A stretch of 64,000 bases of DNA. It comes from Alphaproteobacteria bacterium (lineage in GTDB: Bacteria; Pseudomonadota; Alphaproteobacteria; GCA-2731375). Position numbers and translations under genes: made by a program. The stretch is from contig CBDDPY010000002.1 in the NCBI GenBank assembly GCA_965232515.1, forward strand, positions 128,001 through 192,000, in the 5' to 3' direction. Below, piece after piece: positions 28,614 through 38,659 of the stretch (positions are counted from its first letter, which is position 1; every line of letters begins with the position of its first letter). The notes beneath the pieces are model-generated. The model saw only the letters and a list, made by a program, of their open reading frames with translations. It had not been told where the DNA came from and did not search any database.

Positions 28614-29011
28614 TGTCAGACAAACCGATCCCCGAGGCCAACGCGGACACGCGGCCGTTCTGGGAGGCCTGCAATCGCGGCGAGTTGCAGGTGCAGCATT
28701 GCCGGGCCTGCGGCCACAGCCAGTTTTATCCGCGCGGCCTCTGTCAGCGCTGCAAGAGCGAGGACCTCGCCTGGCAAACCGCCGAACCGCGGGGCAGCGT
28801 CTATTCCTTTACCATCGTCCACCGCGCGCCGACCCCGGCCTTTCGTGCCGATGTCCCCTACGTGATCGCGCTGGTCGATCTGGAAGCCGGGGTGCGGATG
28901 ATGATGAATGTCGTCAATTGCGATCCCGAAAGTGTCACGATCGGCATGCCGGTTAGCATCGTCTTTGAACAGCGCGGCGTGCAGGCTGTCCCGCAAGCGG
29001 AGCCGGCCTGA
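28613..29011 (+). CDS. DUF35 Zn-ribbon/OB-fold protein
   Basis: PFWEA, CRAC..FYPR..CQRC, GSVYSFT, PYVIALVDL; ATG overlaps the thiolase-like gene stop. Confidence 0.92.
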   Translation: MSDKPIPEANADTRPFWEACNRGELQVQHCRACGHSQFYPRGLCQRCKSEDLAWQTAEPRGSVYSFTIVHRAPTPAFRADVPYVIALVDLEAGVRMMMNVVNCDPESVTIGMPVSIVFEQRGVQAVPQAEPA

Positions 29012-29014
29012 GCC

Positions 29015-29401
29015 ATGTGGGTGTTCGAGACATTCGAACCGGTGCAGGACTTCGGCGCCTTCGACTATCAGGTCGACGAGGCCGCGTTCGATCGCTGGGT
29101 GGCGCTCTATCCGGACGACGCGGCGCACCGGCCGCTGGTGCCGCCGGGCATGGCGGTTGGTGTGATGATGCGGGCCTATATGGCGCTGCTGCAGCCGCGT
29201 CCGCCAGGCAATATTCACGCCGGCCAGCATTTGCACATCCACCGGCTGGCCCGGATCGGCGACACGATGACGACATCGCTCGCCTGTGTCGCTAAGGAAT
29301 TGCGCAAGGAACGGCGTTGGGTCACCTTCGAAACCGAAACGCGGGATGCGGCCGGCGAGTTGCTGTTCACCGGCCGACTGACCTCGATCTGGGCGCGCTG
29401 A
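29015..29401 (+). CDS. Hotdog-fold (MaoC-like) protein, probably a non-catalytic hydratase partner
   Basis: VPPG, GNIHAGQHL, RIGDTM, KERRWVTFET pattern; directly precedes a MaoC gene. Confidence 0.7.
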   Translation: MWVFETFEPVQDFGAFDYQVDEAAFDRWVALYPDDAAHRPLVPPGMAVGVMMRAYMALLQPRPPGNIHAGQHLHIHRLARIGDTMTTSLACVAKELRKERRWVTFETETRDAAGELLFTGRLTSIWAR

Positions 29402-29402
29402 C

Positions 29403-29774
29403 ATGACAAACAAGCTCGTCGACGTCAGCCTGACGGTGGATCAAGCCAAGATCCGGCAATACGCCGAGATCACCGACGACTTCAATCCGATCCACCTCGA
29501 TGCCGAATTCGCCGAGAAAACGCCGATGCAGGGCGTCATCGCACACGGCACCATGTCGATGAACCTTATCTGGCAGGCCATCACCGGCACCTTCGGCATG
29601 GACGCGGCCGCCGGCGCCGAGCTCGATATCCGGTTCATCCGGCCGGTGCGTTTGGGCGATGTTGTGACGGCCGGTGGCGAGACCTCATCCGAGGGCAGTG
29701 GCCGTTTCAAGGTCTGGGTCCGGAACCAGGCCGGCGAGCCGGTGATCGAGGGTACGGCGACGATCCCTATCTGA
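29403..29774 (+). CDS. MaoC-family (R)-enoyl-CoA hydratase
   Basis: Hydratase motif YAEITDDFNPIHLD...IAHG, RFIRPV. Confidence 0.9.
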   Translation: MTNKLVDVSLTVDQAKIRQYAEITDDFNPIHLDAEFAEKTPMQGVIAHGTMSMNLIWQAITGTFGMDAAAGAELDIRFIRPVRLGDVVTAGGETSSEGSGRFKVWVRNQAGEPVIEGTATIPI

Positions 29775-29840
29775 CCCGTGGCGGGTGAGGGAAATGCGGT
29801 CTAGAGTGAGCCGCATCAGCGCCATTGAAGGAGAACGCAC

Positions 29841-30632
29841 GTGATCGTCGAACAGGTCTGGACCGGCAACGCCTACCGCAACTTCAACTATCTGATCGCC
29901 TGTCCGGAGACCGGCGAGGCGCTGGCGATCGATCCGCTGGATCATCAGAAATGTCTGGCAGCGGCCAAGGACAAGGGCTGGGAGATCACGCAAGTTCTGA
30001 ACACGCACGAGCATGGCGACCATATCGGCGGCAACAAGGCGGTGATCGCGGCGACCGGCGCCAAGCTGCTGGCGCATCAGAACGCCAAGGACAAGATCCC
30101 CGGCATCGATCGCGGGCTCGGCGCCGGCGATATCATCAAGGTCGGCAGATCAGTCGAGCTGGAATCGCTCGACACGCCGGGCCACACCATGAGCCATGTC
30201 TGCCTGCTGTCGCACACCGATCAGCAGGCGCTGTTCAGCGGCGATACGCTGTTCAATGCCGGCGCCGGCAATTGCCATAACGGCGGCCATCCGAACGAGC
30301 TCTACAGCACCTTTGTCGGCCAGCTCGCGCGCCTGAAGGACGACACGCAGATCTATCCCGGCCACGACTACATCACCAACAATCTGGAATTCACGCTCGA
30401 TCGTGAGCCCGACAATGCGCGGGCGAAATCGCTGCTGGCCGAGATCAAGGATCAGAATCCGGATGACGCGATGGTCACGACGCTGGCTCTGGAGAAGGAG
30501 GTCAACACCTTCTTCCGGCTGCAGTCGCCGTCGGTGATCGCGGCTTTGCGCGAGTCGTTTCCGGATTTGCCGGCTGATCCCGATCCGAAGACGGTGTTCC
30601 TGAAGCTGCGCGAGCTGCGGAATTCCTGGTAG
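29841..30632 (+). CDS. Hydroxyacylglutathione hydrolase-like metallo-beta-lactamase fold protein
   Basis: NFNYLI, THEHGDHIGG, TPGHT, FSGDTLF, YPGHDY, EKEVNTFFR. Confidence 0.88.
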   Translation: MIVEQVWTGNAYRNFNYLIACPETGEALAIDPLDHQKCLAAAKDKGWEITQVLNTHEHGDHIGGNKAVIAATGAKLLAHQNAKDKIPGIDRGLGAGDIIKVGRSVELESLDTPGHTMSHVCLLSHTDQQALFSGDTLFNAGAGNCHNGGHPNELYSTFVGQLARLKDDTQIYPGHDYITNNLEFTLDREPDNARAKSLLAEIKDQNPDDAMVTTLALEKEVNTFFRLQSPSVIAALRESFPDLPADPDPKTVFLKLRELRNSW

Positions 30633-30636
30633 CGGC

Positions 30637-33600
30637 CTAGTCGGTTTCCGGCAGGCCCTCTGAAAGAATCCGAGCCATACGTTCGTCCGGCGTAATGCCG
30701 GATAGGTCGCGGATCGCCCGGGCCAGGCGCAGCTCGATCAGGCGGGCGTGTTGGCGCGCCGCCAGCGCGAGCCCGTGTTGGTAAATCGCCAGAACGGTTT
30801 CCGGGTCATCGCCGCTCGCCAGCCGGCAGGCGCCGCGAATGCGGAAGATGTCGGCGCCATACCAATCCTCGACCTTGAGGCGATCGACCAGCAGTGGATC
30901 GTCCAGAGTTTTCAGCGCCGCCGCATGCTGTCCGGCCAGAAGCTGTGTGTCGGCCAGCACCGTCAGGAACAACGGCATCCCGATGCCGCCGCCGGCCTCG
31001 CGCCAGGCCCCGAGCGCCGGCTCGATTTCCGCAAGGCCGGCCGCGACGTCGCCTTGCGCGGCAACGGCCCAGCCGTGCACGACCTTGCCGGCGGCGCCGA
31101 GATAGGGGAACTCGCGCTCGGCTGCGAGATCGATCGCTGCGCGCGCCCAACGCTCGGCCGCCGGCGCGTCGCGCAGAAACTGGTACGTCCACATGCTGGC
31201 GCCGAAGGCGTAGATCAGGCTGAAGGGGTGATCGAGGGCGCGGGCGCGCTCGACGGTCGCCTCGGCCTGCCGTTTGGCCGCCTCCGGATAGCCGAGATAG
31301 CACAGGGTCCAGGCCAAGATGCCGCGGTTGGCCACATCCGAGTCCTGACCGTAGCGGGCGGCGAGATCGCCATGACGGACGGGGTCGTAGAGCGACACCG
31401 CCCGCTCCATCTCCTCTCGCGCGGCAACGAAATCGCCGATCCAGAAAGCCGTGTTGCCGACGGCGCGATAGGCCTCGATCAGCAGCGCATCGTCGTCGGC
31501 GCTTTCGGCCAGCGCCAGCAGCTCGTCGCCAAGCTTGCGAGCTTCGGCGTAAGCGGCCTGCCCGATATGGAACTGCCACATGCCGCGCAGCGCGTGAAAC
31601 AGCTGGGCATGGTCGCCGACGCGCCGGCATAGCTCGCCCGCGCGCTGATAGGCCTGGCGCACTTCCGGCGCGGCATAGCTGCTGCTGGCGATCAATGGCG
31701 CGCCGAGCGCCAGCTGCAGCCGCAGCTCGCGGCGAGCGCGTTCGTCGGTGTCCGGCAGCTTCTGCAGCAGCGCCAGCGCGTCGTTAAAGAAACCGATGGC
31801 TTCCTGGTTGGCGTAGTTGCGGACGGCCTGCGTGGCCGACTTCTCGTAATAGTCCAGCGCCTTCTCGACCAGTTCGGGGTCTGGCGTCCGGTCCTCGGCG
31901 GCCTTGCGCCAGTGATAGGCCAGGAACGGATAGTAGGGCGACAGGTCGTCGGCGTTGTGGGTCTCGAACCACTCGGCCAGACGCTGGTGCAGCTGCCGGC
32001 GTTGCGCGAACAGCATTAAACCGTAAGCGACATCCTGGGTGACGTTGCTCTTGAACTTGAAGGCGTCGCCGCTGTCGAGACGCGGGGTCAGGTCGAGGCT
32101 GTGCAGCACGGCGCAATGCCGTTCGACCTGCGCCCGCTCGGCGTCGATGGGGAAGATGTCGCGCAGAACATCGAGATCGAAGACCCGTCCGACGACGCTC
32201 GCCACCTTCATGGTCATCTGCTCCGCCGGAGTCAGACGGTCGATGCGGCTGGTGATCCAACCCTGAACCGTGTCCGGCAGCTCGGCCTGACTGAGGTTGC
32301 CGGCCTCGGGGTTCACGATGCATTGGCGGTCTTGGATCGAAACAAGGTTGTTGTCGCGCAGCGCGTAGGCCAGTTCCTCGCAATACATCGGATTGCCTTC
32401 GGCCTTTTCGACCAGGACCTTGGCGATGGCATCGGGCAGGTCGTCGCAGCCCAGCCGGTGGCAGACCAGCGCCGTCACGGCATCGGGCGCCAGACCGTCC
32501 AGCACGAGATGCGTGGTTTCGCTGCCGGACAGCAGGTTCGTGTAACCGTCCGGCGCATCGGGGCCGAACGGCCGGGCGGTGACCGTAAGGAGTAGCGGCC
32601 GGACCTCGCGGGCAACGCAATCCAGCAGCGCCCAGGAGGCCGAGTCGATCCAGTTGACGTCGTTGAGGAACAGGGCGAGCGGCTTCAGTGCGGCGGCGCG
32701 TTGCAGCAGATCCGTAAGCAGCGCCTGAGTCCGTTCGGCGCGCGCCTTGCCCGTTAGCGCGGCGGTGTCTTCGTTGTCCTGCCAGTCGAGCGGCATGACG
32801 ACGTCAAGCAACGGCGCGAGGCGTCGGATCTCGGGATCGTCCGGCAGCATGTCCAGCAGCTTCGCCCGCTTCGTCGGCAGGTCCGCGTCGAACCGGTCCA
32901 GCGGGTATAGCCGGTTGAAGACGCGGCGCCAGGCGCGATAGGGCGTCGCCGTCTCGATTGGATCGCCGGCGCCCGAAAGCACCAGGACGCCGCGGCCCGC
33001 GGCCCGGCGCTGAAACTGCTGCAGCAAATGCGACTTGCCCATGCCGGGCTCGCCCTCGATCACCAGACGGCTGCTGTGCCCCGTGGACAGCAGGGCCTCG
33101 AGACGGTCGTCGAAGAGCTTACGCTCCGTCTCGCGGCCGAACATGCGGTCGGACCCGTGCGGACCGTCGGCCGATTGATCCGCCGCTTCCTGATCCGCCG
33201 CCGGGCGATAGATCGGAATGGGCTCGGTCTTGCCCTTTACCTTGATCGGGTCCAGCACCTCGAACCGCAGGCGGTCCTTCGCCGCATTCCAGGTCGGCCG
33301 GTCGCACAACAACTCGCCCTTCGCCGCCTGCATCAGCCGGGCCGACAGGTTCACGACGTCACCCATGATGGTGTATTCGCGGCGCTTCTCGTTGCCGACC
33401 GCGCCGCAGAAGGCAAGGCCCGTGGTGATGCCGATCGACGAGCGAAAGTTCATGTCGCGCAGATTGGCCTGGATCGCCAACGCCGCGCGCACCGCGCGCT
33501 CGGGGTCGTCCTCGTGCGCCAGCGGCGGCAGGCCGAGCACGGCGATCAGGGAGGCGCCCTTGTCGTCGACGCTGATCTTGTTGAGGCTGCCCTCGAACTG

Positions 33601-34509
33601 ATAGAGCGCCTTCTGCATCGACCGCATGGCCGCATGTGCCTTGCCCAGCGCGGCATCGGCGCTGAAGTCCGGCAGGCCGATGAACAGCACGGAAATCCGT
33701 CGCAGCTCCCCCAGCCAATCGGTCTGACCGGCGTCCAGGCGCGCGCGGATGGCGCCCGGGATGAAGGTGCGCAGCGCCGATCCCGCCGTCGGACGTGGTT
33801 GCGGCAGCTCGGCCGGCACGACGGGCAGCGTTTCGTCAACCGACAACAGACGCATGGCGCCGTCGGGGCAGGCCTCGCCGGTGCACTTGTCGCCGATCAG
33901 CGCCCAGGCCTCTTTCGAGACGATGGTGTCGCCCGGCCGGGCATGGTCGTTCGCGGCGCCAACCTGGGCCAGCGGCGGGCCGGCGAGCAGAAACTCCCAA
34001 CGGTCGTAGACACCGCCCAGATGCTCGCACCAGACCTCGCCGACACCGACGGCGAGCTTCATGCGCAGGCGAAAGCTCTCGGCGACCTCATAGTCGTGCA
34101 GCCGTTCCTGCAGCAGCAGGCTGCACTGCGCGATCTCGCGCACGAGGCGCGCCAAATCCTTCTCGCTGCCGTCGCTTTGCCAGAGCGCGAGCAGGGCGTC
34201 GCCGGCGAACTTCGCCGGGTCGCCGCCATAGGCGATGACGAGATCGATGATCTGACCGAAATAGTCGTTCAGCAAACGCGTCAGGTCTTCGGCGCCGGCG
34301 GCGCCCTGTTCGGCCAGCCGCTCGGTCAGCGCCGTGAAGCCGGCGACGTCGGCGAACAGAATGCCGGACGTCAGCTTCTCGACGACAGGCTCGGTGAGGG
34401 CCGACGGGTTCCGGTTCGCGCGCCGCAGGATCAGCGATGGCACATAGCTGGCCAGCGTTTGCAGATGAGCGGTCAAGCCGAACGCACCTATTTGGAGAAT
34501 GGCCCCCAA
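30637..34509 (-). CDS. Soluble adenylyl cyclase (ADCY10)-like protein: two class III cyclase domains, STAND-type P-loop NTPase, helical/TPR-like C-terminus
   Basis: C1 FADVAGFTAL...KFAGDALLALW; C2 DDKG...GLPP...REYTIMGDVVNLSARLM; Walker A GEPGMGKS; AEGNPMY; helical repeats. Start uncertain (34509 or 34476). Confidence 0.9.
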   Translation of the reverse strand: MGAILQIGAFGLTAHLQTLASYVPSLILRRANRNPSALTEPVVEKLTSGILFADVAGFTALTERLAEQGAAGAEDLTRLLNDYFGQIIDLVIAYGGDPAKFAGDALLALWQSDGSEKDLARLVREIAQCSLLLQERLHDYEVAESFRLRMKLAVGVGEVWCEHLGGVYDRWEFLLAGPPLAQVGAANDHARPGDTIVSKEAWALIGDKCTGEACPDGAMRLLSVDETLPVVPAELPQPRPTAGSALRTFIPGAIRARLDAGQTDWLGELRRISVLFIGLPDFSADAALGKAHAAMRSMQKALYQFEGSLNKISVDDKGASLIAVLGLPPLAHEDDPERAVRAALAIQANLRDMNFRSSIGITTGLAFCGAVGNEKRREYTIMGDVVNLSARLMQAAKGELLCDRPTWNAAKDRLRFEVLDPIKVKGKTEPIPIYRPAADQEAADQSADGPHGSDRMFGRETERKLFDDRLEALLSTGHSSRLVIEGEPGMGKSHLLQQFQRRAAGRGVLVLSGAGDPIETATPYRAWRRVFNRLYPLDRFDADLPTKRAKLLDMLPDDPEIRRLAPLLDVVMPLDWQDNEDTAALTGKARAERTQALLTDLLQRAAALKPLALFLNDVNWIDSASWALLDCVAREVRPLLLTVTARPFGPDAPDGYTNLLSGSETTHLVLDGLAPDAVTALVCHRLGCDDLPDAIAKVLVEKAEGNPMYCEELAYALRDNNLVSIQDRQCIVNPEAGNLSQAELPDTVQGWITSRIDRLTPAEQMTMKVASVVGRVFDLDVLRDIFPIDAERAQVERHCAVLHSLDLTPRLDSGDAFKFKSNVTQDVAYGLMLFAQRRQLHQRLAEWFETHNADDLSPYYPFLAYHWRKAAEDRTPDPELVEKALDYYEKSATQAVRNYANQEAIGFFNDALALLQKLPDTDERARRELRLQLALGAPLIASSSYAAPEVRQAYQRAGELCRRVGDHAQLFHALRGMWQFHIGQAAYAEARKLGDELLALAESADDDALLIEAYRAVGNTAFWIGDFVAAREEMERAVSLYDPVRHGDLAARYGQDSDVANRGILAWTLCYLGYPEAAKRQAEATVERARALDHPFSLIYAFGASMWTYQFLRDAPAAERWARAAIDLAAEREFPYLGAAGKVVHGWAVAAQGDVAAGLAEIEPALGAWREAGGGIGMPLFLTVLADTQLLAGQHAAALKTLDDPLLVDRLKVEDWYGADIFRIRGACRLASGDDPETVLAIYQHGLALAARQHARLIELRLARAIRDLSGITPDERMARILSEGLPETD

Positions 34510-34617
34510 ACAATAACGTACGTTAACTTAATGGAGCGCTAAACATCTATTAACGGCCGGCTAATGCCTGTATCTCGGTTATTGGGCAAAGTCTGGCCAA
34601 CCAGTTGATTTCCTTCC

Positions 34618-35766
34618 ATGATCGCGGCCGACATGATCGACAACCAGCGCCACCTGTTCGACCTGCCCGACGATGTCGTCTATCTGCGTTGCACGGCCAG
34701 CGCGCCGCAGCTGAAGTCCGTCTACGAGGCCGGACGGCTGGGCCTGGCGAAGAAATCGCGACCGTGGCGCATCGGCGCGCGCGAGACCTTCGATGACGTC
34801 GAGCGACTGCGCGCGCTGTTCGCCGGTTTGATCGGCGCCGAGGCCGCTGATGTGGCGATTGCGCCATCGGCCAGCTATGGCCTGTCGACCGCGGCGGCGA
34901 ACCTGACCGTCGGCGAGGGGCGGGACGTCGTGGTCCTGGCGCGGCAGTTTCCCTCGAACGTTTATCCCTGGCGCGCGCTGGTGCGCCGGGATGGCGGCCG
35001 AATCCTGACCGTCGAACGGCCGTCCAATGACGATTGGACGGCGGCTGTTCTGGCCAGCACCGGCCCCTCCACGGCCATCGTCGCGTTGCCGCAATGCCAC
35101 TGGCTCGACGGCGCCGTGCTTGACCTCGAGGCCATCGGCCGCCGGGCGCGCGACGTCGGCGCGGCGCTGGTGCTGGATCTGAGTCAGTCCCTGGGCGCGG
35201 TTCCGTTCGATGTCGGCGCGGTGCAGCCGGACTTCCTTGTTGCGGTGGCCGAGAAATGGCTGCTCGGCCCCTATCAGCTGGCGTTTCTCTACGCCGCGCC
35301 GTCGCGCCAGGACGGCGAGCCGATCGAGCAGACCTGGATCGGCCGGTCCGAGAGCGAGAACTATGCCAGGCTGGTCGACTACCGGGACGGCTATCAGCCC
35401 GGCGCGCGGCGGTTCGATGTCGGCGAACGCGGCAACTTCGTCAGCGTGCCGATGGCGATCCAGGCGCTGCGCCAGATCGCCGACTGGCGGGTCGACGCCA
35501 TCGCGGCGACGCTGAAGCCGTTGATCGACGAGACCGCCGACCGGGCCGCGGCGATCGGCCTGACGCCCGTACCGGCGGCGGCGCGCGCGCCGCACATGAT
35601 CGGCCTGCGGGCGCACGCCGGACTGCCTGCCAAGCTCGGCGACCGACTGGCTGACCGGGGTATCTTCGTGTCGGTTCGGGATCAGGTCGTTCGCGTCGCC
35701 CCGCACGTCTATAACGACCGCAACGATCTCGATCGTCTGTTCGCGACGCTGACGGACCTGCTCTGA
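34618..35766 (+). CDS. Class V PLP-dependent aminotransferase/lyase-fold enzyme
   Basis: QFPSNVYPW, DLSQSLG, PLP lysine in AEKWLLGP, RVAPHVYN. Confidence 0.85.
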   Translation: MIAADMIDNQRHLFDLPDDVVYLRCTASAPQLKSVYEAGRLGLAKKSRPWRIGARETFDDVERLRALFAGLIGAEAADVAIAPSASYGLSTAAANLTVGEGRDVVVLARQFPSNVYPWRALVRRDGGRILTVERPSNDDWTAAVLASTGPSTAIVALPQCHWLDGAVLDLEAIGRRARDVGAALVLDLSQSLGAVPFDVGAVQPDFLVAVAEKWLLGPYQLAFLYAAPSRQDGEPIEQTWIGRSESENYARLVDYRDGYQPGARRFDVGERGNFVSVPMAIQALRQIADWRVDAIAATLKPLIDETADRAAAIGLTPVPAAARAPHMIGLRAHAGLPAKLGDRLADRGIFVSVRDQVVRVAPHVYNDRNDLDRLFATLTDLL

Positions 35767-35984
35767 GTCGCGAGTTCGGCATGCCTCGCGCCATATTGCG
35801 CGCACGCCGATTTCCATTAGACTGACTGCCTCGGACCTTGTGAGTTGCTCGCACAAAGCCGAAACGGTCGCGAAAGAAGCCGGTCGGTGAAGGGGAGGGG
35901 TCGCGATTTTTACGTGCTCTGTCGACGCTGAGCCATTCGTCGCGGCGCTAGGCCTGTCGGTCCTGGCGCGGCTGGGCGGATAAG

Positions 35985-37082
35985 ATGTCCGACCTGCGTC
36001 TTTCCGGCGTAACCAAGCGCTACGGCGAGGTCGAGGCGCTGCGCGGCGTCGACCTGAACGTCGAGGCCGGCGAGTTCTTTTGCCTGCTTGGCCCCAGCGC
36101 CGCCGGCAAGACCACCACATTGCGCGCGATCGCCGGTTTGGAGCGTGCCGATGACGGTCGCATCGTGTTCGCCGGTCAGGATCTGACCGACGCGCCGGTG
36201 CAGGGCCGCGACATGGCCATGATCTTCCAGACCTTCGCGCTCTACCCGCATCTGACGGTGCGGGACAACTTCGCTTATCCCTTGCGTGAAGCTGGCGTCG
36301 ATCGGGGCGAGATCGACCGACGCATCGGCGAGATTGCCGAGATGCTCAGGGTCGGGCATACGCTCGACCGCAAGCCGGCGACGTTGAGCGGCGGCGAGCA
36401 ACAGCGCGTCGCCATCGGCCGGGCGTTGATCCGCCGGCCGAAGCTGCTGCTGCTGGATGAGCCGTTGACCAACCTCGACGCCAAGCTGCGGCACGAGACC
36501 CGGGCCGAGTTCAAGCGTCTGCACCGCGAGTTCGGTATGACCATGATCTATGCCACGCCCGACCAGCTCGAGGCGCTGAGCATGGGCCAGCGCGTCGGCG
36601 TCATTCGGGACGGCCGGATCGTGCAGGCCGACACGCCGCGCGATCTCTATGCGCTGCCCGACGACGAGTTCGTGGCGACGCTGGTTGGCGCGCCGGCAAT
36701 GAACCTGGTGCCTGGCGTGCGGCGCGGTGGCGATCCGGCGGCGGCGATCGAGTTGCCGTTCGCGCAGGTGACGGACGGCCCCTGGACCGGCGCGTTACAG
36801 CGCTTTGCCGACGGCGCCGAGCTGACCTTCGGGATCCGGCCAACCGACATCGCGCCCGCGGCCGGCGATGCCCACGGTCCGCGCTTCGCGGCCGAAGTGC
36901 ACCTGACGGAGCCGCTGGGCGATATCACCATTCTCGACCTGATCGCCGGCGGCGTCATGGTCAAGATGGTGCTGCCAGAGGAACGGGCGCTGGACTACAC
37001 GGTCGGCGACCGGCTCGACGTCGAGATCAGGGTCGAGCACAGCCATGTTTTCACCCGCGATACGGGGGTCGCGGTGAGGTAG
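35985..37082 (+). CDS. Carbohydrate ABC transporter ATP-binding protein (H-loop altered)
   Basis: GPSAAGKTT, ALYPHL, LSGGEQQR, LLLDEP, YATPDQ in place of VTHDQ; TOBE-like C-terminus. Confidence 0.92.
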   Translation: MSDLRLSGVTKRYGEVEALRGVDLNVEAGEFFCLLGPSAAGKTTTLRAIAGLERADDGRIVFAGQDLTDAPVQGRDMAMIFQTFALYPHLTVRDNFAYPLREAGVDRGEIDRRIGEIAEMLRVGHTLDRKPATLSGGEQQRVAIGRALIRRPKLLLLDEPLTNLDAKLRHETRAEFKRLHREFGMTMIYATPDQLEALSMGQRVGVIRDGRIVQADTPRDLYALPDDEFVATLVGAPAMNLVPGVRRGGDPAAAIELPFAQVTDGPWTGALQRFADGAELTFGIRPTDIAPAAGDAHGPRFAAEVHLTEPLGDITILDLIAGGVMVKMVLPEERALDYTVGDRLDVEIRVEHSHVFTRDTGVAVR

Positions 37083-37123
37083 TCGCACAACGACAACAAA
37101 AGCTTCAGGAGGAGGAGACGGAT

Positions 37124-38560
37124 ATGAGTGTAATGAGCAAATTCGGCGGTGTCGTTGCCGCCGGCGTGGCGGTGTCGCTGCTGAGCAGCGTCGCCATGAC
37201 CACATCGTCGGCGGCGAAGGACATTGTTCTGCGCATGGCGGTGCCGGACTGGCCGCCGACCAGGATCATGAAGGACTTGGCCGACAAGCACTACAAGGCG
37301 CCGAGCGGCAACAACGTGGTGCTGGAGCCGGATTTCATTCCCTGGCCGAACTACTACGAACGGCTGGCGGCCTCGTTGACCTCGGGCGAGCAGAAGTACC
37401 AGATGGCCGTCTCGGACAGCCAATGGCTGGGCGCCTTCATCGAGGGCGGCTACTTCATGAAGATCAACGCGTTCATCGATGCGGATCCCGAGCTGCAGGC
37501 GATCTTCGCGGACCTGCATCCGAACCTGGTCGACGCCTATTCGACCTATCCGCATAAGACCAAGAACTACTATGGCTTCCCGCAGATGCCGGACGTGTTG
37601 ATCACGTATTTCCGCAAGGACCTGTTCTGCAACGCGGACGAGCAGGCGGCGTTCCAGGCCAAGTACGGCTACAAGCTGCCTTGCACGGCGGCCGAGATGA
37701 ACGAAGCCGATTGGGACGTGGTCGCCGATATCGGCGAGTTCTTCACCCGCAGCGCCGGCGCGAAGCTCGCCGGTGAGGCGCTGGCCGACGACTTCTACGG
37801 CATCGCCTACCAGGCCGGTAAGGGCTACGACTTCTCGTCGATGCAGATCAACGGCTTCATCTGGCAGCATGGCGGCAACATTTGGGACGAGACCAACGAG
37901 CCCGAGGGCCGCGCCATCGGCGTCGTGAACTCGCCCGAGTCCGTGAAGGGCTTCGACCACTATCTGTCGATGCTGAAGCACATGCCGCCGGTCGTGAAGA
38001 CGGGCTCGATGGACATCTTCAAGGTCGACGAGCTGTTCCGCGAGGGTCGCGTCGCCTGGATCATCCAGTGGATCGGCTTCGCCGAGTCGGCCATCACGCC
38101 GGCGACCTCGAAGGTGGCAGACAAGGTCGACTTCGCGCGTATGCCGGGCCTCAAGACATCAGACGGCAAGATGTCGCGTTGGTCCAACATCGGTGGGCAG
38201 CCGTTCGTCATGACCACCTGGAACAGCGACGAAGTGACCAAGGAAGCGCTCGACTTCGTGAAGTGGTGGCTGTCGAAAGAGGTGCAGGTGATGTTCGCCA
38301 AGGCCGGCGGTCAGAGCGGGTTGCGCAGCGTGCACAACGCGGACGACTACAAGACCTTCCGGCCGTGGAACCACGCTTTCGGCCCGAGCCTCGATTGGCA
38401 GAAGGACGTTTGGCACGTGCCCGAGTTCTTCGAGCTGCTGGTCCAGCAGCAGGAAGAGTTCGACAAGGCGATCACCGGTCAGAAGTCGGGCAAGGAAGCG
38501 CTCGACGCGATCGCCGAGTTCCAGGAAGAGCTGCTGATCGAAGCAGGTCGCATTCAGTAA
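37124..38560 (+). CDS. Carbohydrate ABC transporter substrate-binding protein (family 1)
   Basis: Signal peptide, YGFPQMPD..YFRKDLF, FREGRVA, ALDFVKWWLS; RBS GGAGGAG. Confidence 0.9.
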   Translation: MSVMSKFGGVVAAGVAVSLLSSVAMTTSSAAKDIVLRMAVPDWPPTRIMKDLADKHYKAPSGNNVVLEPDFIPWPNYYERLAASLTSGEQKYQMAVSDSQWLGAFIEGGYFMKINAFIDADPELQAIFADLHPNLVDAYSTYPHKTKNYYGFPQMPDVLITYFRKDLFCNADEQAAFQAKYGYKLPCTAAEMNEADWDVVADIGEFFTRSAGAKLAGEALADDFYGIAYQAGKGYDFSSMQINGFIWQHGGNIWDETNEPEGRAIGVVNSPESVKGFDHYLSMLKHMPPVVKTGSMDIFKVDELFREGRVAWIIQWIGFAESAITPATSKVADKVDFARMPGLKTSDGKMSRWSNIGGQPFVMTTWNSDEVTKEALDFVKWWLSKEVQVMFAKAGGQSGLRSVHNADDYKTFRPWNHAFGPSLDWQKDVWHVPEFFELLVQQQEEFDKAITGQKSGKEALDAIAEFQEELLIEAGRIQ

Positions 38561-38580
38561 CCGGAAATGGCGTACCCGGT

Positions 38581-38613
38581 TCGGCCGGCGGAGCGATGGT
38601 CTCCGCCGGCCGA
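38581..38613 (+). terminator. GC-rich stem-loop after the binding-protein gene
   Basis: tcggccggcggag-N7-ctccgccggccga, a perfect 13-bp stem; no U-tract. Confidence 0.5.
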
Positions 38614-38659
38614 CCGGTGCTGATAAGCGTATCGAGAGGTCCCGTGCAGAACGTCCGCC

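Noticed and set aside
34618-35766. Class V enzyme as cysteine desulfurase and sulfur donor for LarE
   Set aside because: No catalytic Cys loop near the C-terminus, and it is far from the lar cluster.
35838-35856. ttgtgagttgctcgcacaa as a CRP or LacI-type operator for the sugar ABC operon
   Set aside because: Spacing does not fit TGTGA-N6-TCACA, symmetry is imperfect, and no cognate regulator is adjacent.
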